53,813 nucleotides of DNA from Actinomycetota bacterium (GTDB lineage: Bacteria > Actinomycetota > UBA4738 > HRBIN12): assembly GCA_038211015.1 (NCBI GenBank), contig JBBQVZ010000002.1, positions 1-53,813 of the forward strand. The letters run 5' to 3'. The notes under the pieces were generated by a model that did not search any database, was not told the DNA's origin, and saw only the letters and a program-made list of their open reading frames with translations. Made by a program: the position numbers and the translations under genes. Each line of letters starts with the position of its first letter. Position 1 is the first letter of the stretch. This document shows positions 36,422 through 45,098 of the stretch, one piece after another.

Positions 36422-37162
36422 TCAGATGGTCCCATCCGGTCGGTCGGACGATGGGGTGCCCGATGGGCCGAGCGCGATCAGCTCGCCGCGCAATAGTTGT
36501 CGGATGGCCGTCGTTCCTGAGAGCTCGGCGGTCCTCGGATGAGACGAGATCGCCTCTTCCAGATCCTCGGCTGCCACGGTGAGTGGGGCGCGGCGCCGGC
36601 GCACGTCCGCCGCGCGCACGGCCTCGACGGCGGCCGCGTACGCCTCGCTCGCCGCCTCCTGTTGTCCGTTCGCGAGCAACGAGAGGGCGAGGTCGAACAG
36701 CACCGAGATCCTTCCGGGAACGCGCTCCAGCGAGGCATGGAAGGACTGGATCGCCTCGTCCAGACGTCCCAGCCGGTAGAGGCTCCACCCCCGGAACTCC
36801 AAGCTTCGAGGCCGGTCGCCCAATGACTCCGAGACTTCCTCGGCCACGTCGCGGTAGAGGCGCTCGGCCACGACCTTGCGGCCGGCTCGATGATGCAGGT
36901 CCGCGAGCGCCGTTCGGGGCCATGACGCGGTGGCGTCAAGCGAGATCGCCGCTTCGTAGATCGCTCGGGCGTCGTCGAGATGCTGCTCGCCGAGGTTCTC
37001 GAGTGCCCACGCGTGGATCGTCTGTGCGAGCGCGTTGTTCGGCTCGAGCTCGATGGCGAGTACCGCGGTCTCGGCAGCCGTCGCATAGTCCGCGAGCTCG
37101 GTCAGCTCGCACGCGCGTCGGATCAGGTCGGACGCGCGACCTTCATCGGGCTCAGACACCAT
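36422..37162 (-). CDS. tetratricopeptide-repeat protein
   Basis: Track ORF 36422..37612, trimmed to ATG 37162. Repeated A-x-x-x-Y/A helical pairs (...DDARAIYEAAISLD..., ...RLDEAIQSFHASLE..., ...QQEAASEAYAAAVE...). Confidence 0.65.
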   Translation of the reverse strand: MVSEPDEGRASDLIRRACELTELADYATAAETAVLAIELEPNNALAQTIHAWALENLGEQHLDDARAIYEAAISLDATASWPRTALADLHHRAGRKVVAERLYRDVAEEVSESLGDRPRSLEFRGWSLYRLGRLDEAIQSFHASLERVPGRISVLFDLALSLLANGQQEAASEAYAAAVEAVRAADVRRRRAPLTVAAEDLEEAISSHPRTAELSGTTAIRQLLRGELIALGPSGTPSSDRPDGTI

Positions 37163-37275
37163 GCGCTCGCGTTCGGTTCGCCCTTCGGAGGCCGTACCGG
37201 TGGTCGGCGTTGGAATCGTACCCGGTCGCAGGTGGGGAGCAAGCAAAGGTCGGTTGCCTGGACCGGCAACGGCGT

Positions 37276-39459
37276 CTAGCCGATGTGGGAGACGTCCGGC
37301 GCCGCCCGGACGAGTGTTCCGTCCGGCGCAAGGTCTTCGAGCGACTCGTCCGACGCCGAGGCGAACGGGAGGTACACGTGGAACGAAGCACCGCCGCCCT
37401 CGCGCTCCTCGACCCACGCACGTCCACCGTGGAGTTCGGCGAAGCGCGTGACGAGCGAGAGCCCGATCCCGACGCCCGGGTTGTGCGTCACGACCTCGTT
37501 CCCCTGACGGAACGGCTCGAAGATCGAGCCCCGCAACTCCTCGGGGATCCCCGGGCCTGCATCCTCGACGACGATGAGCACCCCTTCCGCGTCGCCCGTC
37601 GCGCGCACCCATATCGGCGTGCCCGCCGGGGTGTAGCGGATGGCGTTCGCGACGAGGTTCTCGACGATCCGCTCGACCTGGGCGGCGTCGACGTTGGCGT
37701 GCACCGGGCCGACGGACGTGAGCTCGATGGGGTGCGTCTCGGTCGAGCTTTCCTCCAGCACGCTGGACAGGATCTGGATCACGTCGACGTCGTCGCGGTT
37801 GGGGGCAACGATCCCACGGCTCATCCGATCGAGATCGAGCAGGTTCGTCAGCAGGCGGTGGAGCTTCCTGGCGTTCGTCGCGATCCGGCCCACAAGGTCG
37901 TGCTCGTCCTCACGGGAGATCTGATCCTTGTCCAGGCTTCCCTCGAGGGTCAGGGCGCACCCCAGGATGCTCGTGAGGGGCGTCCGGAGGTCGTGCGAGA
38001 CGGCCTGGAGGAAGGAGTTCTGCATCTCGTGCAGGGCACGCAATCTGGTGGCCGCTTCCTTCTCGGTGGCCAGCGCTTTCACGAGCTGAGCCTCCGCGTT
38101 CTTCTGCTCGGTCACGTCGTACATCACGCCCTGGAGGTAGAGGGGACGGCCGCCGTCGTCGGCGAGCGCCTCGGCCTCTTCGTGGATCCAGATGACCCGG
38201 CCGTTCTTGCCGATGATGCGGTACTCGCAATGCATGCGCGGTTCGCCGTTCAAGATGCGCAGCTCGGCATCGAGGGCCAGCTCTCGATCCTCGGGCAGGA
38301 TCCGCTCGCGCCACAGGTCGGCTTGGCCGGTCCACTCGTCGGGCGTGAACCCCAGGATGGATTCGACCTTCGGGCTGATGTAGGTCCACGCCGCGTCCTT
38401 GCCGAACTCGGCGATGTAGACGACCGCGGGAAGACCCTCGACGAGGGATCGGTACTTGGCCTCTGCCTCTCGCATCTGTCGTTCGGTCCGTCGGTAGTCG
38501 CCGACGTCGACCATCAGTCCGTTGAGTCGGACCAGGACGAGGACGAACAGCAAGGCCGAGCATCCCGCGAGCACCGGGACGTCGACCTGCTCGCCGCGCA
38601 GCGCCTGGATCACCTCGACGGTGGGGGCGATCAAGGAGGCACCCGCGAGCACGGCCAGGCGTCTGCGCGGGTGTTGGAGGTCGCCCTCGGGCGTCGGCTC
38701 GTCCAGGTCGGCCATCGACGCGTGGAGGGCGGCCGCGCCCCACAACAGATAGAAGAGCCCCCATCCGAGCTCGAGCAGGCCGGTGGTGTTGTCGTACGTC
38801 CCATGCAGGAGGATCAGCGTGTAGATCGTGTCGGTTGTGAACAGCACGGCCACGGATCCCGCCATCAGGTAGAAGGCCGGTGGGCGCTTCCCGCGGTCGA
38901 CCGCGAGCCGGACGGCCACGCCGAACAGGAGCAGGTCCATGATCGGATAGGCCATGGCGGTCAACTTCTGCACGAGCGTCAGAGATTGGTCGTGCGCGTA
39001 CGGCGCAAGCAGGAACACCCAAGACAGCGTGCCGACGCCGACGGCGATGATCAGGGAGTCGATCAGGCTGGCGCGGTCGCGACCCGGGCTTCGGCGTCGA
39101 GCCAACAGCAGGACACCAGCGATCAGGAAGGGGTAGACGCTCAGGTAGAAGAGATCGCCGAGCGACGGGAACGGCGGCGTGTTTCCGAAGAATCGCTCGT
39201 AGTTGTACGTGATCACGTCGCCGGCCACGAAGAGCGCCTGGCCGACCGCGACCAGGTACCAGGGCAAACGCTGTCGGGGCTCGTGGACCCTCGCCGCGAT
39301 CACCATCGCCACGGAGGCCGAGAGACCGATGACGTTGAACAGCGGGCCCACCCGGATCGGGTGCACGAACACGAAGGCCGTCAGAACGGCTCCGCCGATC
39401 GAGAGGTAGATGGCCCACACCCGAGATCTCATCGCTTCATCGGTATCGGGCGGGGTCAT
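37276..39459 (-). CDS. sensor histidine kinase with polytopic membrane module and PAS domain
   Basis: H-box AVSHDLRTPLTSI, N-box LVANAIRYT, G-boxes VEDAGPGIP and GVGIGLSLV. The N-terminal membrane region is paralogous to that of 31794..34973. Confidence 0.9.
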   Translation of the reverse strand: MTPPDTDEAMRSRVWAIYLSIGGAVLTAFVFVHPIRVGPLFNVIGLSASVAMVIAARVHEPRQRLPWYLVAVGQALFVAGDVITYNYERFFGNTPPFPSLGDLFYLSVYPFLIAGVLLLARRRSPGRDRASLIDSLIIAVGVGTLSWVFLLAPYAHDQSLTLVQKLTAMAYPIMDLLLFGVAVRLAVDRGKRPPAFYLMAGSVAVLFTTDTIYTLILLHGTYDNTTGLLELGWGLFYLLWGAAALHASMADLDEPTPEGDLQHPRRRLAVLAGASLIAPTVEVIQALRGEQVDVPVLAGCSALLFVLVLVRLNGLMVDVGDYRRTERQMREAEAKYRSLVEGLPAVVYIAEFGKDAAWTYISPKVESILGFTPDEWTGQADLWRERILPEDRELALDAELRILNGEPRMHCEYRIIGKNGRVIWIHEEAEALADDGGRPLYLQGVMYDVTEQKNAEAQLVKALATEKEAATRLRALHEMQNSFLQAVSHDLRTPLTSILGCALTLEGSLDKDQISREDEHDLVGRIATNARKLHRLLTNLLDLDRMSRGIVAPNRDDVDVIQILSSVLEESSTETHPIELTSVGPVHANVDAAQVERIVENLVANAIRYTPAGTPIWVRATGDAEGVLIVVEDAGPGIPEELRGSIFEPFRQGNEVVTHNPGVGIGLSLVTRFAELHGGRAWVEEREGGGASFHVYLPFASASDESLEDLAPDGTLVRAAPDVSHIG

Positions 39460-39523
39460 CGGCGACCTTAGTCGTCGGGGGGGTCGGAGCGTGCCTTGTC
39501 AGGTGCCCTGTGCAGCGGATCGG

Positions 39524-40891
39524 CTAAGCGGATGCGGCGACGGCCTGACGGAGCTGGAAACGCTCACGTAGTGACCCGAAGACGTCGATCAGGTGATCGA
39601 CCTCTTCATCCGTGTTGGCGGCGGTGACCTGGACCCGGAAACCCACCTCGTCCTTCGGGACCAGTGGGTAGGCCGCCATCGTGGTGTAGATGCCCTCGTC
39701 GAACAGGTACCGACCGACCTGGTCGATCTCCGTGTGATCGGCGAGCGGCACCTCGATGATGGGGAAGCCGCTCTCGTTCGGCGTCACGATGCCGAGCCTT
39801 CCCAGCGCGTCGAGCACGCGGTGTGTTCGCTGCCAGATCGCGAAGCGAGCAACGTCGCCGCGCGTGCGGTTCACGTCGAGTCCGGCGATCGTCGTCGCGA
39901 GCGACGCGACGGGCGACGGGCCCGAGTAGAGGTAGGGAGGAGCCAGGACCTTGAGTGCGTCCTTGAGCCTGGTCGGAAGGGCGACGAACGCCAGCAGCGA
40001 CGAATAGGCCTTGGAGAACCCCGCTACCAGCACGACGTTGTCGTACCCAACGTCGCAGTGGCGCAGCAGGCTGTTGCCCGAGGTTCCGTAGTCGCAGAGC
40101 TCGTTCGGCGAGCGTTCGCCGATCACGCCGAAGCCGTGTGCGTCGTCCACGTACAGCAGGGCCTCGTGCACGTTCGCCAGGTGGGCGAACGCCGCGATGT
40201 CCGGTGCGTTGCCGGTCATCGAGTTCACGCCGTCCATCGCGATCACGCGTGGTTGCTCAGGGTCGCTGGCGGCGAGCAGCTCTTCCAGATGCGCGACGTC
40301 GTTGTGCCGGAACCTGACCACCTGCGCGCCGTGACCCACCGCGACCATCGCGCCGTCGTAGATCGTCTTGTGCGCTCTGCCGTCGAGGAACACCGTGCCG
40401 CAGCCCACCAGGACGGGGATCACGGACATGTGGATGTGGGTGATCGTGGGAAGGAGCATGACGTCCTCGCACGCCAGCAGGTCGGCCATCTGCTCCTCGA
40501 TCTCTTGGTAGAGGCGCGGACTGCCGAGGAGTCGGGACCAGCTGGGGTGGGTGCCCCACGCCGCCAGGTACTCAGGAACGGCGGCGATGATCTCCTCGTC
40601 GAGATCGAATCCCAGGTAGTTGCACGACGCCCAGTCCGTGAGCCAGCGATCGCCGATCCGGATCCGGCGCCCGATCTGCTCGTCGATGACCGCGTCGACC
40701 ATCGGGTGTTCGTCCTTCAGGCGCGTCAGATCTGCGGTGGTGGCGATCCATCGGTCCAGCCATCCGTCGGCCTGGCGACGCCGGGGCTTTCCACCCGAGG
40801 GCGATCCCACGACCAGGTCGGACTCGCGCCTGTGGACGCGCGAATCGGCCCCGTTCGAGCGGGCTCCGGTTCCTGAGGGGGAGTCGGTCAT
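39524..40891 (-). CDS. alpha-oxoamine synthase family PLP enzyme (KBL/AONS/serine-palmitoyltransferase-like)
   Basis: NYLGFD, YVDDAHGFGV, and the PLP lysine in GFSKAYSS. It has a roughly 90-aa basic N-terminal extension. Confidence 0.8.
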   Translation of the reverse strand: MTDSPSGTGARSNGADSRVHRRESDLVVGSPSGGKPRRRQADGWLDRWIATTADLTRLKDEHPMVDAVIDEQIGRRIRIGDRWLTDWASCNYLGFDLDEEIIAAVPEYLAAWGTHPSWSRLLGSPRLYQEIEEQMADLLACEDVMLLPTITHIHMSVIPVLVGCGTVFLDGRAHKTIYDGAMVAVGHGAQVVRFRHNDVAHLEELLAASDPEQPRVIAMDGVNSMTGNAPDIAAFAHLANVHEALLYVDDAHGFGVIGERSPNELCDYGTSGNSLLRHCDVGYDNVVLVAGFSKAYSSLLAFVALPTRLKDALKVLAPPYLYSGPSPVASLATTIAGLDVNRTRGDVARFAIWQRTHRVLDALGRLGIVTPNESGFPIIEVPLADHTEIDQVGRYLFDEGIYTTMAAYPLVPKDEVGFRVQVTAANTDEEVDHLIDVFGSLRERFQLRQAVAASA

Positions 40892-40950
40892 GTACTAGTC
40901 CATCGACGCCTCGGATGTCCGACTTGACCTCGTGGAAGGCCGGAGGTGGG

Positions 40951-42063
40951 CTACGCGGCAGTGCCATCCGCGCCGGCGAACATCCTCATGAAGTGCGCCA
41001 GAGCCTGTGCACCGGCGAGCGGCATGGCGTTGTAGAGCGAGGCGCGGATCCCACCCACGCTGCGGTGACCTTTCAGCTCCCGCAGGCCGAGCGCGGCGGC
41101 CTCCTCGACGAAGCGGCGCTCCAGGTCCTCGGAGGGCAGTCGCCACGTGACGTTCATCAGAGAACGCGATCCAGGCTCGGCATGTCCGCGGTAGTACCCT
41201 TCGCTGTCGTCGATCGCGTCGTAGACGAGCGTTGCCTTCTTGCGGTTGCGCTCTAGCTGCCCCTCGAGGCCCCCGACCTCGTCCCCGAGCCAGCGGGTCA
41301 CGAGCATGAGCACGTAGATCGCGAAGACGGGAGGGGTGTTGTACATCGAGCGATTCTCCACGTACGTGCGGTAGTCCATGACCGTCGGCAAGCCGTCGGG
41401 GATGCGGGCGAGCAGGTCGTCACGGATGATCGCGATGGTCACTCCGGCCGGACCCGCGTTCTTCTGGGCACCGGCGTACAGGAGCGCGTGGCTCGCGATG
41501 TCGACCGGCCGAGACAGGAAGTCGGACGACGCGTCCGAGATCAAGGGAACGGCCGGTGGAACGACCGGGGTCGCCGGGAACTCGACGCCGTGGATCGTCT
41601 CGTTGGACGTGATGTGCACGTACGCCGCATCCTCGTCGAGGACGGCGCGCAGTTCGTCGTCGCGTGGGATCCGGACGAAGCCCCCGTCCTTCCCCGACCA
41701 GACGACACGAACGGGACCTTCCTTCTCCGCTTCCTTCGACGCTTTCGTACCCCAGGACCCGGTCACCACGTATGCCGCCGGACGCTCGGCTCCCCGCAGC
41801 AGGTTCATCGGGACCATCGAGAACTGCATCGATGCCCCGCCCTGGCAGAACACGACGTGGTGTGAGTCCGGGATCGCGAGCAACGAACGAAGGTTGGCAG
41901 CGGCCTCATCGATGACGTTCTCGAACCATGGGCTCCGATGTGAGACCTCGAGCGGGGATGCTCCGATGCCGGGCAGCGAGACGAGATCGCGCTGAGCTTG
42001 TTCCAGGACGGGCACGGGGAGGGTGGCAGGTCCCGGGGCGAAGTTGAAGACGCGGTCGGTCAT
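40951..42063 (-). CDS. serC: phosphoserine aminotransferase
   Basis: Track ORF 40951..42117, trimmed to ATG 42063. FNFAPGPATLP and GGIRASLYNAMP. Confidence 0.9.
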   Translation of the reverse strand: MTDRVFNFAPGPATLPVPVLEQAQRDLVSLPGIGASPLEVSHRSPWFENVIDEAAANLRSLLAIPDSHHVVFCQGGASMQFSMVPMNLLRGAERPAAYVVTGSWGTKASKEAEKEGPVRVVWSGKDGGFVRIPRDDELRAVLDEDAAYVHITSNETIHGVEFPATPVVPPAVPLISDASSDFLSRPVDIASHALLYAGAQKNAGPAGVTIAIIRDDLLARIPDGLPTVMDYRTYVENRSMYNTPPVFAIYVLMLVTRWLGDEVGGLEGQLERNRKKATLVYDAIDDSEGYYRGHAEPGSRSLMNVTWRLPSEDLERRFVEEAAALGLRELKGHRSVGGIRASLYNAMPLAGAQALAHFMRMFAGADGTAA

Positions 42064-42106
42064 CGGGCCCCCAGGGTATCGTGACGGCCCGCGCGGAGGT
42101 CGGACC

Positions 42107-43114
42107 ATGGCATACAAACGGATCCTGTTCGGTACGGATGGCTCGGCGTCGGCGCAGATCGCCGGCGCCGTTGCCGCCGCGCTCGCGAAGGCGGGTGGGG
42201 CGCAGCTGTTCGTGGGGTTCGCGTTCGAGCGGCCGACCGACGCGGAGCAGATCGTGGCGACGGCGGTTCAGCAGGCGGAAGCGGCAGGCGTTCGCCGCGT
42301 TTCGGGCGAGGCCCGGGCGGGAGTGCCGGCCGACGCGCTGATCGCGCTCGCCGACGGATACGACGTCGGGCTGGTTGTCGTCTCGGGAGGGCGGGGCAAG
42401 AAGTACGGGCTGGGACAGGTGGCGCACCGGCTGGCCGTCCGCTCGCCGCGTGACGTCCTGTTGGTGTCGGGTTCGTCCACAGCGGGATCCGACGAGCCGC
42501 TGTACCGGCGGGTCTTGATCGCCACGGACGGGTCCTCCACCGCCGATCGGGCGGCGCGGAAGGGATTCGAGCTGGCGGAGGTGTTGGAGGCGCCCGTCAC
42601 GATCGTCTTCGTCGGACATCCGAAGACCGGGGAGCTCATCACCCAGGACACCATCGCGACGTACGCAGGGGAGGTGAAGACCGAGGTGCTCCTGCGCGAG
42701 GGCGACCCGGCGGCGCAGATCCTCGCCGCAGCCGACGATGTCGACGCCGGGCTCGTCGTCGTGGGTAACAAGGGCATGATCGGAGCCAAGGGGTTCCTCT
42801 TGGGGTCCGTGCCGCAGGAGGTCAGCGAGCGCGCGACCCGCGATGTCTTGATCGCCCGGACGGTGACACAGGTCGTCTCCGAGCTCGCTTCCGGAGAGGG
42901 TGGCATCGTGGAACGCGCGGGCGAGAAGCTCGCGGTCTACATGGGAGAGGATGGCGAGCCCCACGTGATGAGCGCCCGATGCACGCACATGGGTTGCACG
43001 GTGGCGTGGAACCCGGGGGAGAGAACGTTCGACTGCCCCTGCCACGGATCGCGTTTCGCCCCGACCGGTGAAGTCGTGAACGGACCGGCGGCGCGGCCGT
43101 TGCCCCCCGCGTGA
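42107..43114 (+). CDS. tandem universal-stress-protein domains fused to a C-terminal Rieske [2Fe-2S] domain
   Basis: ATG 42107 follows GGAGGT. Two USP units (ILFGTDGS... and VLIATDGS...VVVGNKGM...GSV), then CTHMGC...CPCHGSRF. Confidence 0.8.
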   Translation: MAYKRILFGTDGSASAQIAGAVAAALAKAGGAQLFVGFAFERPTDAEQIVATAVQQAEAAGVRRVSGEARAGVPADALIALADGYDVGLVVVSGGRGKKYGLGQVAHRLAVRSPRDVLLVSGSSTAGSDEPLYRRVLIATDGSSTADRAARKGFELAEVLEAPVTIVFVGHPKTGELITQDTIATYAGEVKTEVLLREGDPAAQILAAADDVDAGLVVVGNKGMIGAKGFLLGSVPQEVSERATRDVLIARTVTQVVSELASGEGGIVERAGEKLAVYMGEDGEPHVMSARCTHMGCTVAWNPGERTFDCPCHGSRFAPTGEVVNGPAARPLPPA

Positions 43115-43130
43115 ACGATCCTGCCGACCC

Positions 43131-43601
43131 TCAGAACGGTTTGAACAACATCAGGTAGAGGATCGCCAGCAGTCCCACGACGCCGATCGCGGCGATCACG
43201 TGCGCCTCGCCCGACCGCAACAGCTGCTCGAGCTCCTCGTCGGAGACGCGTGGCACGCCGCTCGGTCGGATCTCGCAGGCGGCCGTGATGCGGCGGAAGT
43301 ACGGCTTGGCGAGCCCCGACATCAGACCGATCGTGACCAACAGGATCACGATCGAGATCCAGAGCCACCACTGCGAGAAGAGGTGGAGCGCGAGCCCGGC
43401 ACCCACCCCTCCGACCGTGAGGACCAGCAGACTGATGTACATGGGCCGCGTCGTCGTCCCGCTGAACGCGATCAGCTCCGCGATCCGCCGGCGGTCGTGT
43501 TCTCCGCGGATCCGGTACAGCACGAACATCGACGCCCCGTGTGCCCCGACGAACGCGAGCACGCCCGTCAGATGCAGGAGCAACCACCACTGCCAGGTCA
43601 T
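43131..43601 (-). CDS. integral membrane protein (four predicted helices), function unknown
   Basis: 156 aa with hydrophobic segments WWLLLHLTGVLAFV, MYISLLVLTVGGVGAGL, WWLWISIVILLVTIGLM and VIAAIGVVGLLAILYLMLF. Confidence 0.6.
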   Translation of the reverse strand: MTWQWWLLLHLTGVLAFVGAHGASMFVLYRIRGEHDRRRIAELIAFSGTTTRPMYISLLVLTVGGVGAGLALHLFSQWWLWISIVILLVTIGLMSGLAKPYFRRITAACEIRPSGVPRVSDEELEQLLRSGEAHVIAAIGVVGLLAILYLMLFKPF

Positions 43602-43631
43602 GGCGTGGAACGATACCGGACGACGCGGTCG

Positions 43632-44480
43632 TTATCCGCGCTCGAGCGGCCGGGTGAGGCAGGTGGGTCCGCCGTCGCCTTTCCGAGAGATCTCGTCGCC
43701 GACGTAGGTTCGAACGTCGACCCCGGCCGCCTCCATCCGCCTCCGGGTCTCGGGGTTCCCGGCGAGCGCGAGCGCGATCCGGGGACCGAGCGCCAGCACG
43801 TTCGGTCCCATGGAAGCGAACTCGTCGTCCGGGACTTCGACCACGCGGATGCTTCGGTCACCGAGCATCTCCAGCAAACGAACGGGGACCATCGGGAGAT
43901 ACGCGACCACGAGATCGACGTCCAGAGGGGACACGAACGACATCAGGTGCAGGCACTCATCCCCTCCGCGGAAGTGCGGCAGGTCGAACTCGACCACGTC
44001 AACGGCCGCTCCCAGCAGCGCGCGAAGCTGCACGATCCCCTCGCCGTTCGTGCGGTACCCGCGTCCCGCGAGGAGCGTCGAGCGGTCCAGCCAGAACAGA
44101 TCCCCTCCCTCCGCCGTTGCGGGAGCCTCCATCCGACCGGCGATGGCGATCCCGCCGGCCGTCAGGTCGCTCGCGGATGCGGCGGGTTCGGCGCGACGCC
44201 CTTCCTTGCCCGGGCGAAGCAGGATGGCACCGGCGTCGGTCATCAGCACGGGGTCGTACGCGTAGATCGCGTCGGGGTCATCGGGCACCTGCGCCGAGCC
44301 GAGCTCGACGGTCGCACCGGCGAGCTCGAGTTCGGCGCGGAATGCCGCGTGCTCCTCGCCGGCTCGGGATGGATCCGGCTCGGACCGCCAGCCGTAGGTC
44401 TTCCAGGCGCTCAGATCGGCGGCGACGGGGGCGCGCACGTACACGCGGCGCAGCGGCGAGATCTGGTCCTGGATCGACAA
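43632..44480 (-). CDS. amidinotransferase-superfamily enzyme (dimethylarginine dimethylaminohydrolase / arginine-deiminase-like)
   Basis: TAEGGDLF, RGYRTN, LHLMSF, and C-terminal GGPTCLTRPL with the catalytic-type Cys. TTG start one nt after the upstream stop. Confidence 0.75.
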   Translation of the reverse strand: MSIQDQISPLRRVYVRAPVAADLSAWKTYGWRSEPDPSRAGEEHAAFRAELELAGATVELGSAQVPDDPDAIYAYDPVLMTDAGAILLRPGKEGRRAEPAASASDLTAGGIAIAGRMEAPATAEGGDLFWLDRSTLLAGRGYRTNGEGIVQLRALLGAAVDVVEFDLPHFRGGDECLHLMSFVSPLDVDLVVAYLPMVPVRLLEMLGDRSIRVVEVPDDEFASMGPNVLALGPRIALALAGNPETRRRMEAAGVDVRTYVGDEISRKGDGGPTCLTRPLERG

Positions 44481-44481
44481 C

Positions 44482-45063
44482 CTAGGGTTGGGGATCGCGT
44501 TCCACGAGCGGCGAGACGGGCAGGATCAGGATAGGAGCCGGCTCGCGATCGACGATGATCGCCTCGTCGTCGGCGATCGCGTGCGAACGGACGACACCGG
44601 GCCCCGGGAGCACGTCGGCCAAGCCGGCTCTCGGGCGGGGGTCGCGCTCGGGTCGCGGCCGGGACGTCATCGACGAAACGGTCGCGGGAACGGGCTCGGG
44701 TGTGGGCAGCCCGCACGCGCGTTCGACGGCGGGCCCGAGCTCTCTGAGAACCTGCGTCGGATCAACGGTCGCATCTCCGGTGATCGGTGAAACGTCCGAC
44801 GGCCATACGAGAACGATCTTGGCGTCGGGGCACATCTCCCGTGTCAATACGACCGCGGTGGTTCCGATGACCTCGTCGAGGACCACGGCTTCCGGTCGAT
44901 GCACGGCGAGCGCCTGCACCAGCTCGACCGCGGTCGAGGCGTCGGCGAGCACCATGAATCCCTCGCCCTCCAACACGAAGCGCAGCAGCCCCTTGCGCAC
45001 CGGATGACCCTCGCCGACCACGACGCCGATCCGCGGACCCTCCGGAGTCACGTCTCGCTCCAC
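44482..45063 (-). CDS. atypical receiver-like (pseudo-receiver) domain protein with a disordered Pro-rich tail
   Basis: IGVVVGEGHPVRKGLLRFVLEGEGFMVL...AVVLDEVIG...KIVLVWP follows the receiver-fold pattern, but GE replaces the acidic DD pair. There is no output domain. Confidence 0.6.
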   Translation of the reverse strand: MERDVTPEGPRIGVVVGEGHPVRKGLLRFVLEGEGFMVLADASTAVELVQALAVHRPEAVVLDEVIGTTAVVLTREMCPDAKIVLVWPSDVSPITGDATVDPTQVLRELGPAVERACGLPTPEPVPATVSSMTSRPRPERDPRPRAGLADVLPGPGVVRSHAIADDEAIIVDREPAPILILPVSPLVERDPQP

Positions 45064-45098
45064 GGTTGGAGCCTACTCCAGCAGCCGAGCACCATGTC

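Noticed and set aside
36583-39471. 962-aa plus-strand ORF opposite the TPR protein and histidine kinase
   Set aside because: Antisense to a kinase with complete H, N and G boxes. The translation is Arg/Gly/Asp-rich without motifs.
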